Positions 42,199-51,864 of a stretch of DNA of 64,000 nucleotides are shown in pieces. Every line of letters starts with the position of its first letter. The stretch's first letter is position 1. Under the pieces are notes generated by a model. That model was not told the DNA's origin and searched no databases. It was given only the letters and a program-made list of their open reading frames with translations. Source of the DNA: Escherichia coli (GTDB lineage: Bacteria > Pseudomonadota > Gammaproteobacteria > Enterobacterales > Enterobacteriaceae); the NCBI RefSeq assembly GCF_030013205.1, contig NZ_CP122648.1; one strand, given 5' to 3'. Made by a program: the position numbers and the translations under genes.

Positions 42199-42300
42199 GA
42201 TGCCGGATGCGGCGCGAACGCCTTATCCGGCCTACAAAAGTTTGCAAATTCAATAAATTGCAGAATTCACGTAGGCCTGATAAGCGAAGCGCATCAGGCA
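42199..42300. repeat. REP/BIME element (two inverted REP units)
   Basis: GATGCCGGATGCGGCGCGAACGCCTTATCCGGCCTAC and inverted GTAGGCCTGATAAGCGAAGCGCATCAGGCA. Confidence 0.7.
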
Positions 42301-42355
42301 TTTTTGCTTCTGTCATCGGTTTCAGGCTAAAGGAATCTGCCTTTTTCCGAAATCA

Positions 42356-43318
42356 TTAATACAGTTTTTTCGCGCAGTCCAGCCAGTCGCCTTTGAACGG
42401 ACGCTTCATGTTTTCGATAGCGTCGATGATGTCGTGGTGAACCAGCTGTTCGTTCTGGATACCTACGCAACGACCGCCGTAACCTGCCAGCAGCAGATCG
42501 ATAGCGTAAGCGCCCATACGGGAAGCCAGAATACGGTCGTAAGGCACCGGAGAACCACCGCGCTGGATGTGGCCCAGCACAGTTGCGCGGGTTTCACGAC
42601 CGGTTTCTTTCTCGATGAAATGCGCCAGTTCGTCAACATCACACATATGTTCGGTAATCGCCACGATCGCGTGTTTTTTACCTTTCGCGATACCCGCTTT
42701 GATTTCGTTTACCAGGTCTTCACGGCTGAATTCAACTTCCGGAACTACAACGAATTCACAGCCACCGGCAATGGCCGCAGCCAAGGTCAGATCGCCACAA
42801 TAACGGCCCATCACTTCCACCACGGAAATACGCTGGTGAGAAGAAGAGGTGTCACGCAGACGGTCGATCGCTTCTACAACGGTGCTCAGCGCAGTGAAGA
42901 AACCGATAGTGTAGTCAGTGCCTTTGATGTCGTTGTCGATAGTGCCCGGCAGACCGATGCACGGGAAGCCCATTTCGGTCAGACGCATTGCACCCATGTA
43001 GGAACCGTCACCGCCGATAACCACCAGCGCGTCGATACCACGTTTTTTCAGGTTTTCGATAGCCACGGCGCGGATGTTCTCGTCGCGGAATTCCGGGAAA
43101 CGCGCAGAACCGAGGAACGTACCACCACGGTTGATCATGTCAGAAACGCTGTAACGGTCTAGCTGTACCATACGGTCTTCATACAGACCCAGATAGCCGT
43201 CATAAATGCCCATTACTTCCAGACCTTCTGTCAGCGCAGAACGAACAACCCCGCGAATTGCGGCGTTCATGCCTGGCGCATCACCGCCGCTTGTCAACAC
43301 ACCGATTTTCTTAATCAT
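42356..43318 (-). CDS. pfkA: 6-phosphofructokinase I
   Basis: ORF 42356..43414 trimmed to [23 protein letters not shown] (320 aa). Confidence 0.95.
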
Positions 43319-43498
43319 GACTACCTCTGAACTTTGGAATGCAAAATGAAATCTGTTGCCGGAAGTCTTCTTGCACATCGAAGTGATCCAACGAATGTGC
43401 AAATAGTATAACAATCACTTCCTGCTGAATTGATTCAGGTCAGGCCAAATGGCGGTATTTTATACACAAAATGCGGGTCTGGCTCTCTTTTATACTGA

Positions 43499-44401
43499 TT
43501 ATGAAAGCATAGACCGTTTACCCTCCCTGGGTACGACGGAACAGGGGTCCTGATGGATAATCACATCCGATCCCGGAAAACGCCGTAAAATAGCCTGCTC
43601 TACCTGATCCGCCACCATATGTGCCTGAACCAAAGGCAGAGAGTCTTCCATTTCCAAATGAATCTGAATAAAGCGGGTCGGCCCTGACTGCCGCGTGCGA
43701 AGATCGTGAGCGCCGCTAACACCCGGCCAGGAAGTCACGATATCAATAATTTCTTGCCGTTCTTCATCAGGCAATGCGCGATCCAGTAATGACTGTACCG
43801 CCTCATATCCCATGCGTAACGCGCTATATAAAATATAGATGCCGATTCCCAATGCAAACAGAGCATCGGCGCGATGCCAGCCATACCAGGACAACCCCAG
43901 CGCCAGCAGAATTGCGCCGTTCATCATAACATCAGACTGGTAATGTAGCATATCAGCCCGCACCGCCTGGCTTTGCGTCCGGCGCACCACCCACCGCTGA
44001 AACGAGACAAGGATAATCGTACAAATTAGCGCCACAATTGTCACGATAACCCCGACGCCTGGATCTGTCATCGGTGTTGGAGATACCAGATGTTGAATAC
44101 CCGTCAAAAACAGGAATAGTGCCGAACCGGAGATAAACATACTTTGCGCCAGCGCCGCGAGGGACTCAGCTTTACCGTGACCAAACGAGTGATTATCGTC
44201 GGCAGGTTGCAGGGAATATCGCACCACCAGTAAATTCGTCAACGACGCGCCGATATCCACCAGCGAATCCACCAGCGCGGCGAGAATACTCACCGACCCG
44301 GTATACCACCATGCAAAAATTTTAATCAGCAATAGCAGTGAAGCCATCGCCGTTGCAGCAATCGCCGCCCGACTGACCAGCCGTCCATAAGATTGATTCA
44401 T
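43499..44401 (-). CDS. fieF: cation-efflux (CDF) transporter
   Basis: ORF trimmed to [16 protein letters not shown] (300 aa); CDF family. Confidence 0.9.
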   Translation of the reverse strand: MNQSYGRLVSRAAIAATAMASLLLLIKIFAWWYTGSVSILAALVDSLVDIGASLTNLLVVRYSLQPADDNHSFGHGKAESLAALAQSMFISGSALFLFLTGIQHLVSPTPMTDPGVGVIVTIVALICTIILVSFQRWVVRRTQSQAVRADMLHYQSDVMMNGAILLALGLSWYGWHRADALFALGIGIYILYSALRMGYEAVQSLLDRALPDEERQEIIDIVTSWPGVSGAHDLRTRQSGPTRFIQIHLEMEDSLPLVQAHMVADQVEQAILRRFPGSDVIIHQDPCSVVPREGKRSMLS

Positions 44402-44479
44402 AAATACTCCCGCTATCAACTGACGCTAGTATAACGGAAGCAAATCATCTGCAATGCATTAAGCAGCAGGCAAATTGAG

Positions 44480-44526
44480 GATAAAAAAAACCCCCACATC
44501 ATGTGGGGGAAGACAGGGATGGTGTC
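44480..44526. repeat. prophage att site, fieF-side copy of 47-bp direct repeat
   Basis: GATAAAAAAAACCCCCACATCATGTGGGGGAAGACAGGGATGGTGTC, identical copy at 62846..62892; flanking bases diverge immediately outside. Confidence 0.85.
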
Positions 44527-44637
44527 ACAAAAAAGCACCTAACCTGATGATATAAATGGATTTATATCAAGCACTGTCCACATAGCGTCCACATCGACCA
44601 TAAATAAAGCCCCTCAACTGAGGGGCTATTTTTGTGA

Positions 44638-44856
44638 TCACATCCACATAATTTGCTGCCCTGACGGCAACGGGTGCGGCCTCACGGCGTGGACTTCTCC
44701 CGGCTTCACGATGTATCGCTGTACCGACTCATAAGTGATGAACGTGGCGCTGCAATTCACGTTCTGACACTGGTGATAACGCTCTTTTGTCGTGTCAGTG
44801 ATATAGCGACTTGTACGCGCATGTGCGGCATGCTGGCATAAAGGACAATGAAACAT
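44638..44856 (-). CDS. ogr: late gene transcriptional activator Ogr (C4 zinc finger)
   Basis: ORF trimmed to MFHCPLCQHAAHARTSRYITDTTKERYHQCQNVNCSATFITYE… (72 aa). Confidence 0.9.
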   Translation of the reverse strand: MFHCPLCQHAAHARTSRYITDTTKERYHQCQNVNCSATFITYESVQRYIVKPGEVHAVRPHPLPSGQQIMWM

Positions 44857-44937
44857 CGCGAGCACCTCTTCCGGTTTTGTTGATGGTGCCATTTTAGTTA
44901 ATTTACCCTTATAAAACAAACAGATAAAAACAAAACA

Positions 44938-46101
44938 TCACTCATCATCTTCTGTTTCGTTCTCCACATCAGAAAGCCTGACCTCAAGCTCTAAGGACGT
45001 CGTGAAGCCGCTATTATTCAGAAAATGTGTCACCTTAGTGATTGTCCAGTCCTGCTCGTCTATGACGCGCTTAAAGCCTGATACTTTGACCGGCGTTTCC
45101 GTGTAAATATCTGCCCGACCGGTAGCCAGACTGATGGAAAACTCCGCAACGCCCCGTTGCAGCTTATCCCACTTCGCCTGAGCGGCGCGCATGGCCTGCG
45201 CTTTCGTGGCATATACCGTGGTCAGGGCAAAAACGTTGTCAGCTTCACCGGCCATGTATTCACCTTCGCGCGCTTCCGGTACTTTTGGCGCTTTCTTCTG
45301 CGTGACTGGTTTCGCTTTCGGGTGCTCCAGTGCGCGCAGGTGTTTTTCTTTCTTTTTGCGTTTCAGTTTTACCTTCTGCTTTTGCGGCTTCGGGTCTTTG
45401 GTGTGAAGCCACTTTGCCGTTACGCCGGTATAGGCTCCACGGTCAGCAATCGCAAAATGGTGGCGGTCGCCGTCGCTGCGGGTTATGGTGACCTGCGGGA
45501 TTTTTTTACCGCTGGCCGTCACCCCCTGCCCCGCTTTGAGAAACAACAGTTTTCCCATTTTTACCGAGACCTCACCGCCGTTGCGTTCTGCAAGACGGGT
45601 CAGGAATTTCGCATCAGACTCCTGCGACTGGTCGATGTGCGGAATTTTAATTCCGGCCAGTGACGGAGCGACACTGGCTTCCAGCCTGTTACGGGAGGCT
45701 ATCGCCTCAACAATCGCACCGAGCGTGGTGTCATGCCATGAGCCTTCCCGGCGGGAATTGAGCGTCCCGCGAAAATCTGCACTCCGGGCGCGGATGGTGA
45801 CCACATCCGGTGCGCCCCGGTGTTCAACCTCATCAACGGTAAATTTCCCTTTGCATACCAGGGCAAAACCTTTCCAGCCGATATACACCGTCAGGACAGC
45901 GCCACGAACCGGCAGCCCGACCTGCCCGTCGGCATCGTTCAGTTCAATATCAAGCTGGTCAGCCTCAAAGCCCCGGTTATCCGTCAGGGTCATGCTCATC
46001 AGACGGTCGCTGATATTGCCGGTAATATCCCTGCTGTCGAGCATCAGCATGTAATCCGGCGTCAGCGTACTGCCTGCATCAAATGTCAGCGTATCCAGCA
46101 T
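44938..46101 (-). CDS. D: tail protein D
   Basis: 387-aa ORF in the P2 D position (between U and ogr). Confidence 0.8.
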   Translation of the reverse strand: MLDTLTFDAGSTLTPDYMLMLDSRDITGNISDRLMSMTLTDNRGFEADQLDIELNDADGQVGLPVRGAVLTVYIGWKGFALVCKGKFTVDEVEHRGAPDVVTIRARSADFRGTLNSRREGSWHDTTLGAIVEAIASRNRLEASVAPSLAGIKIPHIDQSQESDAKFLTRLAERNGGEVSVKMGKLLFLKAGQGVTASGKKIPQVTITRSDGDRHHFAIADRGAYTGVTAKWLHTKDPKPQKQKVKLKRKKKEKHLRALEHPKAKPVTQKKAPKVPEAREGEYMAGEADNVFALTTVYATKAQAMRAAQAKWDKLQRGVAEFSISLATGRADIYTETPVKVSGFKRVIDEQDWTITKVTHFLNNSGFTTSLELEVRLSDVENETEDDE

Positions 46102-46580
46102 TATCCCGCCCCCGTCATACCCGTGAATCTGGTCGCCATATTGCCGGCCTTACCGATGAGCGACTCCGCCTGTTTACCGATATCGCCATAAAGCGCGGCC
46201 AGTGATTCATCAACGCGGGTGAGCGACAGCGTAAAATCAATTTTTCGGGGTGTGCCATCTGCAAAGAAAATACTCCCTGTTTCACTCACCTTGCTGATGA
46301 CATACATGCCGTAAATCATTCCGGTGCCATCCAGCAACGGCCACGCCCGGCCTTCCTCTGCCATCAGTCTGAGCGTGGTCATCGTCAGCTTGCCGCCGGT
46401 CAGTTCGGGATAAAGCACACCGGCAAGCGTCATGTTTTCCTCGCCAACACCGAGAAACTGGTAGGCATCCCGTTTACCGATACGGGAATTTGACGGCCAG
46501 CGATAATCAGATTCACGCTGCATGGTCTGGTGTGGCAGCGTCTGGCGCATAAAAACAAACATACCTAACGCGAGCATCAT
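46101..46580 (-). CDS. U: tail protein U
   Basis: 159-aa ORF; start overlaps D stop (ATGA-type coupling). Confidence 0.8.
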   Translation of the reverse strand: MMLALGMFVFMRQTLPHQTMQRESDYRWPSNSRIGKRDAYQFLGVGEENMTLAGVLYPELTGGKLTMTTLRLMAEEGRAWPLLDGTGMIYGMYVISKVSETGSIFFADGTPRKIDFTLSLTRVDESLAALYGDIGKQAESLIGKAGNMATRFTGMTGAG

Positions 46581-46594
46581 TTTTCGTCACCTCC

Positions 46595-48142
46595 TTAACC
46601 GTCATGCATCATGCTGGCACGGGCGCGCGCACGTTTATCCCGCTCGTATTTTTCGAGCGCATCCTGTAACTGGCGGTCAAGCTGTGTCCCCGGCGCAGTA
46701 CCACCCGTCAGGCTGATGTGATATTCGTTTTTACTCTGGTCTACATAAGAGCGGCCAGCCGGTGCCGTGACCGGCTGATAAGCCTGATAGCCTGCATAAG
46801 AGCTGGTCGCCGGAATATAACCACCGGTGCCATACGTGGCGGCATGAGTTCTGGCGGCGGTCTGGTCAAGTGTGTCTGACTCTTTGTTGATAACACCGAG
46901 TTTTTCCAGTACCCAGTCAATACCGCTGCGCAGTTTGTTGAACGCATTAAGCGGCAGCATCAACGCGTCAGCCAGTGCCTGCCCGAACATGACGCCCGAA
47001 TCACGGCAACGGTTCAGGGTGTCCTGGGTGGCTTTGACCGGGGCAATCAGGTTTTTAAACCACTGCCACGCGGCCTGTAACTTTTCACCCAGCCAGTCAA
47101 ACAGCGGCTTAAGTGGCGTGAACAGTTCCCCCACCGGCGCAAATGCTGCTTTCAGCCCTTCAACCACACCGCCAAAGAATGCGCTGACAGGCTCCCAGTA
47201 TTTACGGATAAGCAACGCCCCGGCGACAATGGCGGCCACCACGGCCACAACCGGCCAGCTAATCGCCCCGATGGCCGTCATAACAGCACTGCCAACCGTC
47301 GTGAAGATTGCCCCCATTGCGCCTGCTGCCGCAATGATGGCATTGATGCCGGTGATAACCGGCCAGGCTACAAGACCAATTGCACCGATGATGCCAGTAA
47401 GCGCCAGTGCGCCACCGGCAATGATGCCGATAGTTGCCGCCAGTGATTTGTTTTTCTGTATCCAGCCGTCGAGTTTTAACACATACTTTGTGGCCGTCTG
47501 CGTGAGCTTACGCAGTGCGCCTTCCTGCTGGTCAAACAGGTCAGTCCCCACCGCTTCATAAGCGGACTGAAACTCCTTAAAGTCACCGCCGAGGTTGTCC
47601 TGCATGATTTTAACCAGCTCTTCCGTTTTACCGTCTGAGGCTTTCAGCGTGGCGGTCAGCTTATCCAGTTTTCCGCTTGCAGCCGCTGCCAGTAAAACGT
47701 TCGCTGATTTCAGGGCTTCCTCACCAAAAATGGTTTTAAGGTATTCCCCCTTCTGAGACGTTCCCAGCTTGTGTTTATCAAAGCTGACCTGAATCTCTTT
47801 CAGAATGGTGAACAACGGACGCATATTTCCCTTTTTGTCCGAGGTTTTAACGCCAAGCTCTTTGAGTGCTTCCCATGCTTTCCCTGTCGGAGCCTGTAAT
47901 CGGGTGACAACGGCACTACTCCCCGTACCCAGCATGGAGCCGATGCCGCACACCGCAGGCAGTGACAGGTCAGGAAACTGCACCAGAACAACACCGGCAA
48001 CCATCGAGACAAAACCACCGAGCAACATGCGCCCGATAAACAGACGCGGGGTGATGGGTTCACCACCGGCAAGCACCTTGCCGACAACAATCAGCACCCC
48101 AATCATGAAAAGCGACAGGACGCTTTTTTCTTCTGCTGTCAT
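46595..48142 (-). CDS. in-frame fusion: N-terminal holin (Y)-like membrane segment joined to C-terminal tape-measure (T) fragment
   Basis: 515-aa ORF starts 4 bp inside the X stop (Y position) with hydrophobic holin-like helices (SVLSLFMIGVLIVVGKVLAGG…) and ends just before U (T position) with Ala/Gly-rich tape-measure-like sequence; far too short for an intact T. Confidence 0.65.
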   Translation of the reverse strand: MTAEEKSVLSLFMIGVLIVVGKVLAGGEPITPRLFIGRMLLGGFVSMVAGVVLVQFPDLSLPAVCGIGSMLGTGSSAVVTRLQAPTGKAWEALKELGVKTSDKKGNMRPLFTILKEIQVSFDKHKLGTSQKGEYLKTIFGEEALKSANVLLAAAASGKLDKLTATLKASDGKTEELVKIMQDNLGGDFKEFQSAYEAVGTDLFDQQEGALRKLTQTATKYVLKLDGWIQKNKSLAATIGIIAGGALALTGIIGAIGLVAWPVITGINAIIAAAGAMGAIFTTVGSAVMTAIGAISWPVVAVVAAIVAGALLIRKYWEPVSAFFGGVVEGLKAAFAPVGELFTPLKPLFDWLGEKLQAAWQWFKNLIAPVKATQDTLNRCRDSGVMFGQALADALMLPLNAFNKLRSGIDWVLEKLGVINKESDTLDQTAARTHAATYGTGGYIPATSSYAGYQAYQPVTAPAGRSYVDQSKNEYHISLTGGTAPGTQLDRQLQDALEKYERDKRARARASMMHDG

Positions 48143-48145
48143 GCG

Positions 48146-48349
48146 TTACTCCCACAGATTGACAGTTTCAGCCACGGGCGCGGTCTGAACGTCGGGCAGT
48201 TCGACGGCGGTGCCGTGCGGCAGCACCGCGCCCAGTTCAGCCAGTCCCGGATTTGCGGCGAGCACGGCTTCGACCACGCCCTCAGTGCGCCCGTAATACC
48301 GGACACAGATGGCGTCGAGCGTGTCGCCCTGTAGCGCAAAGGTCTTCAT
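48146..48349 (-). CDS. X: tail protein X
   Basis: ORF trimmed to MKTFALQGDTLDAICVRYYGRTEGVVEAVLAANPGLAELGAVLPHGTAVELPDVQ… (67 aa). Confidence 0.85.
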   Translation of the reverse strand: MKTFALQGDTLDAICVRYYGRTEGVVEAVLAANPGLAELGAVLPHGTAVELPDVQTAPVAETVNLWE

Positions 48350-48858
48350 CAGATTTGACTCACGATGCAGCGCGGCTTGTCCTGGATGCGCGCCACCGCC
48401 CAGCGCATATCCCGCCACAGCTCATCAATGGTGCTGTCAATGCTGTCGGCCTTCTTGTCGCCTTTCGCACTGGCATCCACGCCGCGGTAACGCTCATAAA
48501 GCGACGCGGTCGCCATCGCACACACAGCGCGCTCGTAGTAAAAAACTTTGATGCTTTCACCGTCGATGTCGTCCGCCGGAACGTCCGCCAGACGCGTAAA
48601 ACCGGCGGCAATTTTCTGTTCGCGGTACTCGTACAGCTCCGCATTCGTTTCCGCCATGCCTGACTTGATGGCCTCACGCAGGCGGGCGGGGGCGACGGTC
48701 TGCTCAAGGCGCATACGTTCCCGGACACGCTTCGGGTCGATATCGGGAAAAAAGAACGTGTTTTTAATCACCGGCTCGTCGCCTGCCGGTTGCGGGATGA
48801 CCACCGTACCCTCACCGGACACGGGAGCCTCCTTTCGCGGAATAATCAGCGTCATCAT
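48349..48858 (-). CDS. L: capsid completion protein L
   Basis: ORF trimmed to MMTLIIPRKEAP (169 aa). Confidence 0.8.
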   Translation of the reverse strand: MMTLIIPRKEAPVSGEGTVVIPQPAGDEPVIKNTFFFPDIDPKRVRERMRLEQTVAPARLREAIKSGMAETNAELYEYREQKIAAGFTRLADVPADDIDGESIKVFYYERAVCAMATASLYERYRGVDASAKGDKKADSIDSTIDELWRDMRWAVARIQDKPRCIVSQI

Positions 48859-48957
48859 GACTACCTCTGAAAAGTCGGGCGGTGGACGCCGGTGCAGTGT
48901 CAGGTGATTCACCCTCACTGACCGGCGTGCCGCCCTGGCGCGGGGCGCATTCGGTTG

Positions 48958-49701
48958 TTAACTGGCTTTCTTTTTCGGGCGTCCACGTTTTGCCGGTGTC
49001 ACGCTCCGGGTCTTACGCGGGGTACGGGTGGCCGCTTTGGGCTGCGGCTCCGGCTTCGGTTTCAGCTCCCGCTCCAGTCGTTCAATCTCTTTTTTGACGC
49101 CTGCCTGACAGTCGAGCTGTGTCGCACGTTGCAGGTGAGCCAGCGCCCCTGCGGCATCACCAGCGTCACGCAGAAACAGACCGGTGATTTTGTGCAGTTT
49201 TGCGCGCACTTCATCAGGCATGTCAGCCGTGGCGGTCAGTTCGAGGGTGTCCATCAGCAGGCGGGGATCCACAGACTCACCGGCAGCGTGAGCGCGCATG
49301 GCCGCAAGCGCCACCTCCTCGGTGAACATGTACGGCGGGGTGCGGCGGTGTTTACCCGGCATGGTCAGACCGTACTTCAGGGCATAACGGGCAATCTCCA
49401 GCGCACCGGCAATATCGCCGGTATCCAGACGCCACAGCATGACCGTCATCAGAATGTCATCCTGTGCACCTTTGCCCTGCTCCAGCACGCCGTTCACCCA
49501 CGGCAACCAGAACGGCAGCAGTTCGCGTTTTTTCGCGGCCTTCAGCTCTTTTGAATAAATCGCTTTCAGTGTGCGCTGGTCTGCGGCGAGCTTAACCAGC
49601 ATCTGCTCATAGACAGTTGCATGTCGCAGCGGGGCGGCTTCCCGCTGCGCGGTCATCGCTGCCGAGACCCGCATCATGTGGCGCTGTGCGGGACTCGTCA
49701 T
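48958..49701 (-). CDS. M: terminase endonuclease (small) subunit M
   Basis: 247-aa ORF in the M position between L and N. Confidence 0.8.
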   Translation of the reverse strand: MTSPAQRHMMRVSAAMTAQREAAPLRHATVYEQMLVKLAADQRTLKAIYSKELKAAKKRELLPFWLPWVNGVLEQGKGAQDDILMTVMLWRLDTGDIAGALEIARYALKYGLTMPGKHRRTPPYMFTEEVALAAMRAHAAGESVDPRLLMDTLELTATADMPDEVRAKLHKITGLFLRDAGDAAGALAHLQRATQLDCQAGVKKEIERLERELKPKPEPQPKAATRTPRKTRSVTPAKRGRPKKKAS

Positions 49702-49704
49702 CGG

Positions 49705-50778
49705 TTACGCTCCCGGCTCTGCGGTCGCCCTGGCCGGTGTGGAGAAATCACCGACCTTAATTTTTTCCACCAGGCAACCGGCGGCGTAGTCTTCCACCAC
49801 GTAATCAATGTTCATTGACTCGTAGTTCTCCACGCGGTCGAGTTTCGGGTTTTCCTCAATCACGCGGCGATGGCTGTCATCCATGTAGTAGATGGACAGG
49901 TTTTCCAGCTTCGTGATGAGCATCGCATCCGCCGGGAAGTACGGGACGCGTACCGCCGGCAGGTTACCGATGCGTTTCTGGCTGATGATGACGTCAGCGG
50001 CCAGCATTTCGCTGTTGTCCTGCTCTTTGTTAACGATGGGGAAATACTTGTCCGCCAGTAGCTGACGCCCCACAATCACCACAAGGTCAGGGTCTTCCTG
50101 ATACCACGGCTCAATCAGGTTGTTGGTCGCATCCATCACCAGTGCATCAAGGCTGGCATAATCACCGCCCTTACCCACGCGGATAACCTCAGAGGTGGTG
50201 CGGCCTTCCTCGTCAGTGACCTTGCTCATCACACGCGCCGGGGCTTCATTGCGGTATTTCTGCAGCCAGCCAACCGCCACATCCTGCAGCATCGGATTGC
50301 TGCTGCGGTCAGAGGTTTCGGCACGCTTCACGCCGTTAAAACCGGCCATGATGAAATCAAGGGACTGGCGTTTGATAATGGCGTTACGGATACGGAGCTG
50401 GAAATCCTGATAACGCGCCCACAGGTCAAGCGTTTTGTAGCGGATATAAAAATCGAAGTTAATCTGGTCGCATTCGTACTTGTTAGACGCCAGCTTCGAG
50501 AAGTCCTTCGGCTGACGCTCGGTGCCACCGGCGGTGTCGGTGGTGCTGGCGATGGAGCCGGTGACACCGATACCAATTTTTTCCCCTTTCATTTCGCTGA
50601 CCGGCACAATGTTGATGCGGGTCAGAAAATCAGAGGACTCCTGCATGGTGTTCATCAGGGTCTGGGTGACCGACGGTTCAACGGTGAATTTTTTCGACAC
50701 ATCACCGGCGTCGATGCCGTTCAGTTCGGCAACACGGGACAGGTAGGCATTAAATTTAAAGCGGGTTTCCTGGCGCAT
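49705..50778 (-). CDS. N: major capsid protein N
   Basis: 357-aa ORF. Confidence 0.85.
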   Translation of the reverse strand: MRQETRFKFNAYLSRVAELNGIDAGDVSKKFTVEPSVTQTLMNTMQESSDFLTRINIVPVSEMKGEKIGIGVTGSIASTTDTAGGTERQPKDFSKLASNKYECDQINFDFYIRYKTLDLWARYQDFQLRIRNAIIKRQSLDFIMAGFNGVKRAETSDRSSNPMLQDVAVGWLQKYRNEAPARVMSKVTDEEGRTTSEVIRVGKGGDYASLDALVMDATNNLIEPWYQEDPDLVVIVGRQLLADKYFPIVNKEQDNSEMLAADVIISQKRIGNLPAVRVPYFPADAMLITKLENLSIYYMDDSHRRVIEENPKLDRVENYESMNIDYVVEDYAAGCLVEKIKVGDFSTPARATAEPGA

Positions 50779-50836
50779 AGTTTTTCCTGAAATTAAGGGT
50801 TAATCGTGAAGGTTTTTCCGGACTGACTGACGCCGG

Positions 50837-51691
50837 TCAGCAGTTCGTCATCAGGGCGTCACCGCCACCGCCGGTGGCCTTGCTGCGGCGCTGCTGGGTC
50901 AGACTTTCGGTGTGGTCGAGACTGTTTTTCAGGCGGGTGAATGCCTGGCTGGTTTCATCCGCCCTGTCAGTCACCTCCTGCTTAAGTGCGGAAAAGGCGG
51001 TTTCCATCTCAGCGAGGCGCTGCTCAGTGGCGCTCAGCTTTTCCTGCACATGTTCAGCAACAGCGGTCACCGCTTCATGCACATCATTCAGACGGGCGTC
51101 ATCGCTGGCCTGTTTGCGGCCAAAAATGGATTTCACCTTTTCGGTCAGGGCGGTGAACACGGTTTCAGGCAGGTCTTCAAATTCCAGCTCAACAGGCGTT
51201 GCCACTGAAATCAGGTTTTCAGGGCTTAATTTGAAGCGGTTCAGGGGGTTGTGTTTTGCCGTGCGGCAGAATTCCAGGTATTCCGTGCCGAGGCTTGCCG
51301 GGTCATCGGTGACGGCCAGACCCACCAGATAACATTTGCCGGTATTGGCAAAGTTCGGCTGAATTTCCATTGAGGTATAGACCTTCTGCGCGGCCTTGTT
51401 CATCGCGATAAGGTCATCGGTCGGGGTGATTTTCGCAAACAGCGCCCATTTGCCTTTCAGCGCCGAATCGTCATCAATCTTTTCGGCCTTCAGTTCAACC
51501 ACATCGCCATAACGTTTAAAAATACCGTCAGGCAGGATGCCGCGCAGATGTTCCAGGTTAATGCGGCAACCATAGACGCGCGGGTCAAAGGTTTCAGCCA
51601 TTTCCTGAATATCCTGCGCACTGATGACACGCCCGTCACAGGTGTCACCCTCAACGCCGATACGAAAGAATTTTGAGACTTTTTTTGCCAT
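50837..51691 (-). CDS. O: capsid scaffolding protein O
   Basis: ORF trimmed to MAKKVSKFFRIGVEGDTCDGR (284 aa). Confidence 0.8.
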   Translation of the reverse strand: MAKKVSKFFRIGVEGDTCDGRVISAQDIQEMAETFDPRVYGCRINLEHLRGILPDGIFKRYGDVVELKAEKIDDDSALKGKWALFAKITPTDDLIAMNKAAQKVYTSMEIQPNFANTGKCYLVGLAVTDDPASLGTEYLEFCRTAKHNPLNRFKLSPENLISVATPVELEFEDLPETVFTALTEKVKSIFGRKQASDDARLNDVHEAVTAVAEHVQEKLSATEQRLAEMETAFSALKQEVTDRADETSQAFTRLKNSLDHTESLTQQRRSKATGGGGDALMTNC

Positions 51692-51864
51692 TGTCAGGAG
51701 TCCTGAATAGTGATTAGAGGAGTCACATGTCGGCATCAGTTTCCCGACGATGCGCATCCTCCGCCATCAGTCCCGGATGGCTTATCACTGACACAACAGC
51801 ACCTTAGCGAATCGCGGGGCGCGACTCAGTAGGCTTGCCGTGTATTCATCACGGCGAGGTATTC
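51692..51864. promoter_or_regulatory. divergent phage late promoter region (O-operon and P-Q operon; Ogr-dependent)
   Basis: intergenic region between divergent O and P; call is by position in the P2 map, no operator motif confidently identified. Confidence 0.4.

Noticed and set aside
42434-43162. 242-aa plus-strand ORF antisense to pfkA
   Set aside because: Within pfkA on the opposite strand; His/Thr/Arg-rich nonsense-like translation.
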